From: an uncultured Bacteroidota bacterium
GTDB taxonomy: Bacteria > Bacteroidota > Ignavibacteria > Ignavibacteriales > Ignavibacteriaceae
Length of the DNA: 64,000 bases
Direction: 5' to 3'
NCBI GenBank assembly: GCA_963740945.1
Contig: CAVUGE010000029.1
Span: 6,066 to 70,065, forward strand
Shown: in pieces, positions 37,820-46,988 of the stretch
How positions within the stretch are numbered: the first letter of the stretch is position 1
Layout: every line of letters begins with the position of its first letter
The notes under the pieces: generated by a model
What the model was told of the DNA's origin: nothing
The model's input: only the letters and a program-made list of their open reading frames with translations
Database searches by the model: none
Program-made: the position numbers and the translations under genes

Positions 37820-38555
37820 TCAAGTATTTATAATTTTATTAACATATTCGGGAAAAGATTCACGCCACCATCCCAAGTCACTGCCGGCATTTTGTTTGAT
37901 ATCGAGTACATGGTGGATTTGTTTCTGGCTTAATATAGATGATAATCTTTTGTTCTCGTCAAGATTCGGATCCCATTCACCGGTTCCAAGTATAATTTTC
38001 ATCGTTCTTATTTTATCAAGGTACCATGTATCTTCGAGATTCGGCATATAATCAGGAGGGTTATTGAAATAGCAGTTGTCGTCATAATATCCCCAAATAT
38101 ATCTTTTGATATCAAAAAATCCGCCTAAACTAATAATTGCATCAACTTTATCCGGATGTTTGAAATGCAAGATTAACAGCATGATAGCCTCCAAAACCGC
38201 AGCCCCCAAGAATTACTTTTTCTTTATCTGTTTCATACATTGCATATTCTATTACATCATGTAATATTACATTTTCATAACCTATATATGTTTTTACACG
38301 GTCGGCGGGATGAATTGAATAATTATACCAGCTATCATTATCCATCCCATCCGGGCAATAAACTTTAATTCTGCCTTCTTCGATTAAATTAGAAACAGAA
38401 TTAATTAACCCGTTATCTTTGTATATATAGAATTTATCTTGAGCGGTGGGGAATAAAACAACGGGCAGCCCGCTATGTCCGTATACCAGCATATTAAATT
38501 CTCTACTCAAATAGAGAGTGTGCCATTTATGATATTCTTCTTTCAAACTCACCAC
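37820..38555 (-). pseudogene. Esterase-family (alpha/beta-hydrolase) gene split by a +1 frameshift
   Basis: ORFs 38148..38555 and 37820..38209 overlap. Skipping one T in GCATTTCAAACATCC (about 38160-38166) joins ...GGCGFGGYHAVNLAF to KHPDKVDAIISLGGFFD.... Confidence 0.6.
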
Positions 38556-38628
38556 AATTAACCGTTATAAGGAATTAATTCGGCATGTAATATATTGAAA
38601 ATGTTAATTTATTGTAAGCAAAGAAAAC

Positions 38629-38776
38629 TAATTAACTGAAGTTACGCGAATCATTTTTTTGTCATTCTGAACGAAGTGGGGTGAAGAATCTCAAAGTTTA
38701 ATATTTGTACCAATTGGTACAATTCTCTTCTATCTTATTGTAAGAACTTTCATTTGCTTAACTTAAATAATTAAAT
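38629..38776. repeat. MITE/REP-like element, family 2, with internal 18-bp perfect palindrome
   Basis: TAATTAACTGAAGTTACGCG at 38629, core GTCATTCTGAACGAAGTGGGGTGAAGAATCTC, palindrome TTGTACCAATTGGTACAA (38705-38722), degenerate right end GCTTAACTTAAATAATTAAAT (38756-38776). Confidence 0.6.
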
Positions 38777-38906
38777 AATAATCCCCTCCATAAAAGAGGG
38801 GATTGAGAGGAGTAATTTTGGGAAAAGTCAATTTCATCAATAATTTCAATTGAAATGACTTTCCCCTTCGGGAAATGAAACTATATTTTCATAAATTTTG
38901 AGTTAA

Positions 38907-40157
38907 TTACATTTTAATAAATTCAACTCTTCTATTATTTGCTTTACCTTGAGGTGTATTATTATCGGATACCGGTTCTATTTCTCCTTTTCCATCCGTT
39001 TCCATCCTTGCTTCTTCAATTCCAAATTCGGCTGACAGCGAATTTTTAACAGAAGCAGCCCTTCTTTTTGATAAATCAAGGTTGCTGTTGTCATCACCGT
39101 CACTATCGGTGTGTCCTATAATTTTAACTTTTACATCCGCATTATCCTTTAAGACTTTAGCTATATCTTTTAATGTACCGTAAGATTCGGGTTTTATTTT
39201 ATCAGAACTGACGTCAAAAAGGATTCCATGTGTAACAAGTTTTCCTTCGGTCATCAGCTTGCTGCGGGTATCGGGAGCTCCGGCAGCGATCCTTATATTT
39301 GAAATGAGAGCAGCACCCTCTTCAAATCTGATCCGGTCCATTTTTACATCTTTAACCGGAAAAGCTTTGGGCAAATCAAACAATTTGTTTTCATTTTGAT
39401 AAAGACGAATCCGTGATTTCTGAACCCAGATAGAAATATGATATTTTTGATTCTCCTTTTGATATAAGGCATTATTCTCTTTTGTTCCATCTAATCCAAG
39501 TCCTTCTCCTTCATCTCCATTAATATATGTACGATAACCCGGTCTACCGTAATATTCAACATAAAACATGAAGCCTGCTTTTCCAGGAACTGAACCATGA
39601 TCAAAAGATTTCTCATTTATGCTCTGTATTAACCTAAAACTATATCCTGCCATATTGCCTTCTTCACCTTTAACAGGTATTACATCAAATTCAATAGTAT
39701 AATTTTCCGGGAGTGTTAAAAGTTCATCAGTCCACATTGCATCACGCATGGAAAACTGAACCCAGTTGCCCGGAAATAGATTAGTAGTCACTACCTCTGC
39801 TGAACCGTTTGTATTCCATAAAGCAGGGAAATCACCTACATTGTCCTGAGAAAAATCTTCATAAAACAGAATTTGTTCACCCGGAATAAAATCATATTTG
39901 GAATATGATTTTAATTCACCGGGTTTTGCAGTACCGGAACTATTATCTATATTGACATCTGCATTGCTGTTTTCATTTTGATCAGATTGTTTTTCTTCAT
40001 TAGTTCCATCTGCTGCATTATCAGTAGCTTCCTTGGTTTTTTCTTCGACTTTCTTTTCAACTTTTTCTTTTGCTTTTTTCAAAAGATCAAATTGGGCTTG
40101 TGTCGGAAATAGTATTGAGGTTAAAAAAATTATAGTTATAAGAATTTTTGGGAACAT
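38907..40157 (-). CDS. OmpA-family protein with large N-terminal domain
   Basis: Signal peptide, low-complexity acidic linker, C-terminal OmpA-like peptidoglycan-binding domain (GHTDSDGDDNSNLDLSKRRA...NRRVEF). Confidence 0.8.
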   Translation of the reverse strand: MFPKILITIIFLTSILFPTQAQFDLLKKAKEKVEKKVEEKTKEATDNAADGTNEEKQSDQNENSNADVNIDNSSGTAKPGELKSYSKYDFIPGEQILFYEDFSQDNVGDFPALWNTNGSAEVVTTNLFPGNWVQFSMRDAMWTDELLTLPENYTIEFDVIPVKGEEGNMAGYSFRLIQSINEKSFDHGSVPGKAGFMFYVEYYGRPGYRTYINGDEGEGLGLDGTKENNALYQKENQKYHISIWVQKSRIRLYQNENKLFDLPKAFPVKDVKMDRIRFEEGAALISNIRIAAGAPDTRSKLMTEGKLVTHGILFDVSSDKIKPESYGTLKDIAKVLKDNADVKVKIIGHTDSDGDDNSNLDLSKRRAASVKNSLSAEFGIEEARMETDGKGEIEPVSDNNTPQGKANNRRVEFIKM

Positions 40158-40328
40158 ATTCCCCCCTTTGTTATTTGGTTTTTAGTATGAAGAATTTATT
40201 TACTGTAATCTAATAGAAAAAATTTTCAAAATAAAGTAAATAATGAATATTAAATAGAAAATAAGTCTAAGACTTTTTAATAATGTTTCATAATGACAAG
40301 TAAAAAGTCTTGTATTAAGCATATTAGG

Positions 40329-40390
40329 CGTATATGAAGCGTATATGCGTATCTGAAGCGTATCTGGAGCGTATGTGAAGCGTATCTGAC
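40329..40390. repeat. Short tandem repeat, about 6 copies of GCGTATNTGAA
   Basis: GCGTATATGAA GCGTATAT GCGTATCTGAA GCGTATCTGGA GCGTATGTGAA GCGTATCTGAC. Confidence 0.85.
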
Positions 40391-40623
40391 TTATATTTGA
40401 ATTAGGTAATGAATGTCAGGCGGACACACTAAAAGTGATTGTTTTTTAAGAATTTCTTAAATTCTTAAAAACATTTATAAAGAAATCTTCTCCTTTGTTC
40501 AAAATTTTTATTTCAAGCCGCACTGATTTCCATCATAATTCATCTATCTTTCTACTGAAGATCATAAATAATTGCTATTATTTTATCATTGAGGTATTTT
40601 TAAGTTTATCTTAATTTACGGTT

Positions 40624-43269
40624 ATGAATCAAACTCCCTTAATGCTTCAATATAATAAGATTAAAGAAGCCCATCCCGATACTATCCTTTTATTCAGAAT
40701 GGGTGACTTCTTTGAAACTTTTGAAGAAGATGCAAGAATCGCCGCAAAAGTATTAGGAATTACTTTAACAAAAAGAGCCAATGGCGCCGCCGGTGAAGTT
40801 CCGCTTGCCGGTTTTCCTCATCATGCAATCGATACTTATCTTCCTAAATTAGTCCGTGCAGGATATAGAGTTGCAGTCTGCGAACAGATTGAAAATCCAA
40901 AGTTTGCAAAGGGAATAGTAAAAAGAGATGTTATTGAGGTTGTAACTCCTGGTGTTGCCTTTTCCGATAAGCTGCTGGACCATAAAAAAAATAACTATTT
41001 AATGGCTATTTGCATCAAACCTTCTTCTGCAGATACAGAAAATATTGCCGGTATCGCATTTTCAGATATTTCCACCGGCGAATTTTATACTTATGAAATA
41101 TTAGCTGGGTTAATCCAGCAGCAAATTGAGCTCATTTCTCCTTCTGAAGTCCTTGTGCAGAAAAAAGATCGGGATTACCTCGATAAAATAATTCACAAAA
41201 TTAATCCCTCTATCCGGGTAACCAAAGTTGATGATTGGATATTTAATTTTGAATATGCAAAAGAACTGCTGATAATGCAGTTTAAAACAGTCACTTTAAA
41301 AGGATTTGGTATTGAAAATTTTATTCCCGGAATAATAGCTTCCGGAGTAATACTAAATTATTTACAAGAAACACAAAAGGCTAACTTATCTCATTTAAAT
41401 AAAGTCTCTGCTTATAATCCCTCAGAGTATATGGCCCTGGATTATTCAACAAAAAGAAATCTTGAAATAACATCTTCAATGCATGATGGGGGAAGAGAAG
41501 GTTCTTTAATTTCTATTCTGGATAAAACAGAAACGGCAATGGGAGGAAGATTATTAAAAAAATGGATCTCCTCTCCATTAAAGAAGCTCGAGCTTATATT
41601 AAAAAGACAGGAAAGTGTCGAAGAGCTGTTAAAGAATAAAAGCTTAAGAAATAGTTTATTATCTGAATTAAAGGAAGTTGGAGACCTTGAAAGGCTAATT
41701 TCAAAAGTATGTACAGGGAGAGCTAATCCTCGTGAAATTATAAGTATAAAAACATCTTTAAAGAAAATTCCTTTTATTAAAAATCTCTTAAATTCTGTAT
41801 CGGTAAAAACATTAGTCCAGCTAAAAGATAATTTAAACCCGCTTGATAAATTGGTAGATAAAATCCAAACAGCGATAGTAGATTCCCCTTCATTAAGTAT
41901 TGTTGATGGAGGCATAATCAAAAATGGATTCAGCGCTGAACTGGATGAATTAAGAGATATTTCCCTGCATGGCAAAGACTGGATAGCAAATTTACAGAAA
42001 ACAGAGAGAGATATTACAAAAATACCTTCTCTAAAAGTGAATTTTAATAAGGTTTTTGGTTATTATATCGAAATAAGCAACGCTCATAAAGATAAAGTAC
42101 CGGAAACTTATATCCGAAAACAGACCTTAGTCAATTCGGAAAGATTTATCACACCTGAATTAAAAACTTATGAAGATAAAATCTTAAATGCTGAAGAAAA
42201 GATCTATGATCTGGAATCTCAATTATTTAATGAGATCAGATTAATAGTGGCAGCGGAAGCAGAATCCATTCAGCAGAATGCAAGATTAATCGCAATGCTG
42301 GATTGTTTTATCTCTTTTGCAGTATGTGCTGATGAATATAATTATATTAAACCTGAACTGAACGATGAACTGGAGATTGAAATTATAGATGGAAGACATC
42401 CGGTAGTCGAAAGAATTCTTCCTCCTGGAGAAAAATATACCCCTAATTCTTGCAGATTGGATAATGAAAAGGATCAGATAATAATATTGACAGGTCCGAA
42501 TATGGCCGGAAAATCTGTCTTTCTGCGCCAGATTGGTTTAATTGTTCTTCTAGCTCAGATTGGTTCTTTTGTCCCTGCCAAACAAGCTAAAATAGGGCTC
42601 GTAGATAGAATTTTTACTCGCGTCGGTGCCAGCGATAATATTTCAGCCGGAGAAAGTACATTTTTAGTCGAAATGCAGGAAGCAGCCAATATTTTAAATA
42701 ATGCAACAAAAAACAGTTTGATTTTACTTGATGAAATTGGAAGAGGAACCAGCACTTTTGATGGAATTTCTATTGCATGGGCTATTACAGAATTTCTTCA
42801 TGAAAATTCGGAAGTTTCCGCAAAAACTTTATTTGCAACCCACTATCATGAATTAAATGAAATGGCAGAAATTTTCCCAAGAATAAAAAATTATAAAGTT
42901 GAAGTAAGGGAATATGAAGATAAAGTAATATTTTTGCATAAAGTAAATTTAGGGAGAGCAGATCATAGTTATGGTATACAGGTTGCCCAAATGGCCGGGC
43001 TGCCAAGATTTGTTACGAATAGAGCTAAAGAAATCCTGCAGAATCTCGAAAGCAAGGAATTAACCCCATATGAAGAAAAGAAAGAGAAGCTTAGAAAACT
43101 AAAGAAAGAAGAAAATAATCAAATCAGTATGTTTGAGTTTCAAGATGATAAATTACGGGGCGAAATAAACGAGATTGAAATCAATAATCTGACACCGATT
43201 GAGGCGTTAAATAAGCTTCATGAATTGAAGAAGAAAGTGAAAGGTGAAACGTCAAACGAGAAATGTTAA
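40624..43269 (+). CDS. mutS: DNA mismatch repair protein MutS
   Basis: TPLMLQY N-terminus, FYE mismatch-binding context (GDFFETF), Walker A GPNMAGKS, DEIGRGTST, HTH-like C-terminus. Confidence 0.95.
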   Translation: MNQTPLMLQYNKIKEAHPDTILLFRMGDFFETFEEDARIAAKVLGITLTKRANGAAGEVPLAGFPHHAIDTYLPKLVRAGYRVAVCEQIENPKFAKGIVKRDVIEVVTPGVAFSDKLLDHKKNNYLMAICIKPSSADTENIAGIAFSDISTGEFYTYEILAGLIQQQIELISPSEVLVQKKDRDYLDKIIHKINPSIRVTKVDDWIFNFEYAKELLIMQFKTVTLKGFGIENFIPGIIASGVILNYLQETQKANLSHLNKVSAYNPSEYMALDYSTKRNLEITSSMHDGGREGSLISILDKTETAMGGRLLKKWISSPLKKLELILKRQESVEELLKNKSLRNSLLSELKEVGDLERLISKVCTGRANPREIISIKTSLKKIPFIKNLLNSVSVKTLVQLKDNLNPLDKLVDKIQTAIVDSPSLSIVDGGIIKNGFSAELDELRDISLHGKDWIANLQKTERDITKIPSLKVNFNKVFGYYIEISNAHKDKVPETYIRKQTLVNSERFITPELKTYEDKILNAEEKIYDLESQLFNEIRLIVAAEAESIQQNARLIAMLDCFISFAVCADEYNYIKPELNDELEIEIIDGRHPVVERILPPGEKYTPNSCRLDNEKDQIIILTGPNMAGKSVFLRQIGLIVLLAQIGSFVPAKQAKIGLVDRIFTRVGASDNISAGESTFLVEMQEAANILNNATKNSLILLDEIGRGTSTFDGISIAWAITEFLHENSEVSAKTLFATHYHELNEMAEIFPRIKNYKVEVREYEDKVIFLHKVNLGRADHSYGIQVAQMAGLPRFVTNRAKEILQNLESKELTPYEEKKEKLRKLKKEENNQISMFEFQDDKLRGEINEIEINNLTPIEALNKLHELKKKVKGETSNEKC

Positions 43270-43303
43270 TCGTTAATTGTTATTTGTTAATCGTTAAAAC
43301 AGT

Positions 43304-43939
43304 ATGAAGAAAATAAGATTTTTGTTACTTATTACATTTTCTCTCCTGATTTTCTCTTGCGGTAAATCTTATACTCCGGAACAGAAGAAATATATTTCTG
43401 AAATTGAAAAGCAGAGAAAAGAAAAAGATGATTATATGAAAAATGATCCCGATTCTCCATTTAATCATGATCCTAATGCTCATTATGGGAACTTAAAATA
43501 TTATCCCGTAAATCCTGATTATGTTTTTAAAAGCAAGCTTTATGAATATAAAAATAAGGATACTGTTAAAGTCTTTGGAACAAAAGGAGAGGAAAGGAAA
43601 GCAGTAAAGATTGGCTATGTTAAAATTAATTTTGGGAAAGCCATTCCCTCGGCAAACGAAGGTGAGAAAAAAGTAAATGTCTATAAGGGTATAAGCAAAA
43701 ATGGAGAGGTATATTACAGTATATGGTTTACCGATTTAACTACCGGGGATGAAACATATGGCGTTGGAAGATATCTTGACTTTGAATATAATCCTGATAC
43801 AAATTTCGTTTATACTATAGATTTTAATCTCGCATATAGCCCTTATTGTTCCTATAGTTCTAAGTATTCATGCGCTATTCCAACTAAAGAAGATCATATT
43901 AATGTGGCAGTAAAGGCTGGAGAAAAAAAATTTCATTGA
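43304..43939 (+). CDS. DUF1684-like lipoprotein
   Basis: Lipobox (LLIFSCG) and C-terminal IDFNLAYSPYCSYS block, which I associate with DUF1684. Confidence 0.55.
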   Translation: MKKIRFLLLITFSLLIFSCGKSYTPEQKKYISEIEKQRKEKDDYMKNDPDSPFNHDPNAHYGNLKYYPVNPDYVFKSKLYEYKNKDTVKVFGTKGEERKAVKIGYVKINFGKAIPSANEGEKKVNVYKGISKNGEVYYSIWFTDLTTGDETYGVGRYLDFEYNPDTNFVYTIDFNLAYSPYCSYSSKYSCAIPTKEDHINVAVKAGEKKFH

Positions 43940-44073
43940 ATGGAAATTGAGGATTGGAAAAGCAAATATCATTAAACATTCAATCATTCAGCCATTCAAT
44001 CATTCACCCGATCTTCAATGCGTAAACAATGTCATAATTTAATATATATTTATAAAATAATTTCGGAGAAAAT

Positions 44074-45087
44074 GTGGTTATAGTTCTTGATAAAAATGTA
44101 ACAGATAAACAATATGAAAATGTTGTTAAGCACCTGGAAGATTTCGGTTTTGCTGTACATAAGTCAACCGGAGTTCAGCAGATAGTATTGGGTGCAATTG
44201 GTGTGAAACCCGATTTTGATATTAGGAAAGTCAAAATATTAGAAGGGGTAGCTGAAGTTTACAGAATTACAGAACCTTTCAAATTGGCGAGCAGGACATT
44301 TAAAAAAGAAGATACTGTAATTTCTATAGGAGATGTTAAAATCGGGGGGAACGAAGTGGTTATGATGGCTGGTCCATGTTCAGTTGAAAGCGAGGAACAA
44401 ATATTTAAACTAGCTGAAATTGTTTCTAAAGCCGGAGCTAAAATTTTGAGAGGAGGAGCTTTCAAACCCAGAACCTCTCCATACTCTTTCCAGGGTATGG
44501 GTGAAGAAGGATTAAAATTATTGAGAAAAGCAGCCGATAAATATAACTTGCTTGTAATTACCGAAGTGATGGAAAATGCTCAAATTCCTCTCATTTCAGA
44601 ATACACAGACATTTTTCAGATAGGTGCAAGAAATATGCAGAATTTTCCTCTTCTGAATGAAATAGGAAAAACAGCTAAACCGGCAATGTTAAAAAGAGGA
44701 CTTGCAGCTACCGTTGAGGATTGGTTAATGTCGGCTGAATACATCTTATCAAACGGGAATAGAGATTTGATGCTGTGTGAAAGAGGAATCAGAACATTTG
44801 AGACTTATACCAGAAACACTTTTGATCTCTCAGCCATTCCGGTTGTACACAAGAAAAGCCATCTGCCTGTAATTGCCGATCCGTCTCATGCAACTGGATT
44901 AAGGGATAAAGTCCTCCCAATGGCAAGAGCTGCAGTAGCTGCCGGTGCCGATGGTTTAATGGTTGAAGTGCATCATGACCCGGAAAATGCTCTGTCCGAT
45001 GGACCGCAAGCCCTACTGCCTGAACAATTTGAAGAGTTAATGACACAAGTAAAATTAATTGCTCAGGTTATCGGGAGAACTATGTGA
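44074..45087 (+). CDS. aroF: 3-deoxy-7-phosphoheptulonate (DAHP) synthase, type I-beta with N-terminal regulatory domain
   Basis: GTG start. Ferredoxin-like N-terminal domain, then KDO8P/DAHP-synthase barrel blocks (MAGPCSVES, RGGAFKPRTSPYSFQG, ADPSHATG). Confidence 0.85.
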   Translation: MVIVLDKNVTDKQYENVVKHLEDFGFAVHKSTGVQQIVLGAIGVKPDFDIRKVKILEGVAEVYRITEPFKLASRTFKKEDTVISIGDVKIGGNEVVMMAGPCSVESEEQIFKLAEIVSKAGAKILRGGAFKPRTSPYSFQGMGEEGLKLLRKAADKYNLLVITEVMENAQIPLISEYTDIFQIGARNMQNFPLLNEIGKTAKPAMLKRGLAATVEDWLMSAEYILSNGNRDLMLCERGIRTFETYTRNTFDLSAIPVVHKKSHLPVIADPSHATGLRDKVLPMARAAVAAGADGLMVEVHHDPENALSDGPQALLPEQFEELMTQVKLIAQVIGRTM

Positions 45088-45191
45088 TATAAAATTTGAA
45101 CGTAAAAAATTAGAAGTTTAATTAGAACAGATTATTGATTATTTTGTTAAATGCTTATTTTATTTTCATTGTTGAAAGAAAGGATTTCAAA

Positions 45192-45395
45192 ATGCTAATT
45201 TTGACATTGCCAAGAAAATCTGTTAAAGAGATGAATGATGAAATAATTAAAATTGAAATAAACGAAGAAGATCTAGAGCAATTAAAAAGACAAATTAACT
45301 GGCAAGTTGTAGAGCAAGCAAAAGGAATATTAAAAGATAAGGACATTGATCCAATAGAATATCAAAATAATGCCCGGAAAGAATGGAATAGATAG
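45192..45395 (+). CDS. Putative antitoxin partner of the downstream PIN toxin
   Basis: 67 aa from ATG 45192 (AAAGGA 8 nt upstream); ends 5 nt before the PIN gene. The C-terminal GILKDKDIDPIEYQNNARKEWNR resembles the G-x-x-K...EY...R.EW tail seen in some PIN-associated antitoxins. Assignment by position and size. Confidence 0.5.
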   Translation: MLILTLPRKSVKEMNDEIIKIEINEEDLEQLKRQINWQVVEQAKGILKDKDIDPIEYQNNARKEWNR

Positions 45396-45400
45396 AAGAA

Positions 45401-45778
45401 ATGGTTCTTATTGATACTAATATTTTTATTCACTATTTAAAGAATGATAAGAAAGCTGTTGATTATTTTAATTACTTAAAAACTGCTAATGAAGATGTTT
45501 ATTTTTCATTTATAAATAAGGTCGAATTATTAAGTTACTCACAATTAAATAACAATGAAATTAAATCTATTAATGAGATGTTGAATCAGTTTAAGAGAAT
45601 AGGTCTTGATGAAAAAATCGAAGAGAAGACAATCGATATTAGAAAAAAAAATAGGCTAAAGATTCCAGATTCTATTATTGCTGCTTCTGCATTAAATTTG
45701 GGTTGTACTTTAGTTACTCGAAACGAATCTGATTTTAATAATGTTCCTGATTTAATCTTGTATAACCCTTTTAGTTAA
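45401..45778 (+). CDS. vapC: PIN-domain type II toxin (VapC-like)
   Basis: 125 aa. N-terminal acidic residue in VLIDTNIFIHYL, further conserved acidic positions (E in KVELLS, D in IPDSIIAASA, N/E in TRNESDF). Confidence 0.75.
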   Translation: MVLIDTNIFIHYLKNDKKAVDYFNYLKTANEDVYFSFINKVELLSYSQLNNNEIKSINEMLNQFKRIGLDEKIEEKTIDIRKKNRLKIPDSIIAASALNLGCTLVTRNESDFNNVPDLILYNPFS

Positions 45779-45786
45779 TCTTCGTC

Positions 45787-46875
45787 ATGTCTAAAATCTC
45801 CATTAATATTTCTATAGTAGGTCTGGGTCTTATCGGGGGCTCAATTGCAAAAGCTCTTAAAAATTCAGGAAAAGATTTTATAATAAATGCTTACGATAAA
45901 CCTCGAGTTCTTGACCTTGCTGTTGAACAAAAAGTAATTGATAAAAGGCTAAATAACATTGACCAGACAGGAAATTCCGATATAATTTTTCTGTGCCTTC
46001 CAACCGATCTTTCAGTGCAAACATTAAAGCAGTTAGCTCCTGTCATTAAAGAGAATTCAGTAGTTACAGATGTATGTGGGGTCAAAGGAATTTTTGAAAA
46101 AGAATGGACTTCATTAAAGAGCAAAGGTACATATATCGGTGGGCATCCAATGACAGGGAAAGAATCGGGCGGCTTCGAGAATTCCGATCAGCTCCTTTTT
46201 GAAAATTCCGTTTATATCATCTCCGAGAGCGGAAAGAATAATGATAAAATAAATTATCTCACTGATTTAATTAAACTGCTGGGAGCCAGAATCAGATTTC
46301 TGGATCCCTTCCTTCACGATAAAATAATAGCACAGGTAAGTCATTTACCCCAGCTGATTGCTGTAAGCCTCGTAAATTCAATTCCAAAAAATGATAATGG
46401 GGTAAATTATCTTGATTTTGCTGCAGGCGGTTTTAGAGATATGACCCGCATTGCTTCTGGAAGCTTTGATATCTGGGAATCAATATTAAAAATGAACAAA
46501 GATGAAATAATTTCAGCCCTGGAATTAATGAAGAATGATTTGAATATACTGGAAGATTTACTTAAGGATGAAGAAATAAATTCATTGAAAGTTTTATTCG
46601 ATAAAGCAAGGGTGAAGAGGGATGAAATACCCAAAAATACTAAAGGTTTTATGAATCCATTATATGATCTTTTTGTCTATGTAAAAGATGAACCGGGAGT
46701 ATTAAGCAGACTAACAACGGCTCTTTACCAAAATACCATAAATATAAAAGATATGGAATTGCTGAAAATAAGGGAAGGTACAGGGGGAACATTCAGAATA
46801 TCTTTCCAATCACAAAAAGATGCCGATAAAGCCGAAAATATAATTAATGGGATTGGATTTAAAACAAAATTTTAA
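45787..46875 (+). CDS. tyrA: Prephenate dehydrogenase with C-terminal ACT-like domain
   Basis: Rossmann IVGLGLIGGS, GGHPMTGKE and SHLPQLIA blocks, ACT-like tail (VYVKDEPGVLSRLTTAL). Confidence 0.85.
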   Translation: MSKISINISIVGLGLIGGSIAKALKNSGKDFIINAYDKPRVLDLAVEQKVIDKRLNNIDQTGNSDIIFLCLPTDLSVQTLKQLAPVIKENSVVTDVCGVKGIFEKEWTSLKSKGTYIGGHPMTGKESGGFENSDQLLFENSVYIISESGKNNDKINYLTDLIKLLGARIRFLDPFLHDKIIAQVSHLPQLIAVSLVNSIPKNDNGVNYLDFAAGGFRDMTRIASGSFDIWESILKMNKDEIISALELMKNDLNILEDLLKDEEINSLKVLFDKARVKRDEIPKNTKGFMNPLYDLFVYVKDEPGVLSRLTTALYQNTINIKDMELLKIREGTGGTFRISFQSQKDADKAENIINGIGFKTKF

Positions 46876-46988
46876 CCTGCCATTATTCATTTTTTCATTT
46901 CTCTTGTGTTAAAATAATAATAAATTGCATCGTTTTTTTTAAAGTTTATGATGTAAAGTATTAAAATATATTATAGATTGATTTTTAT

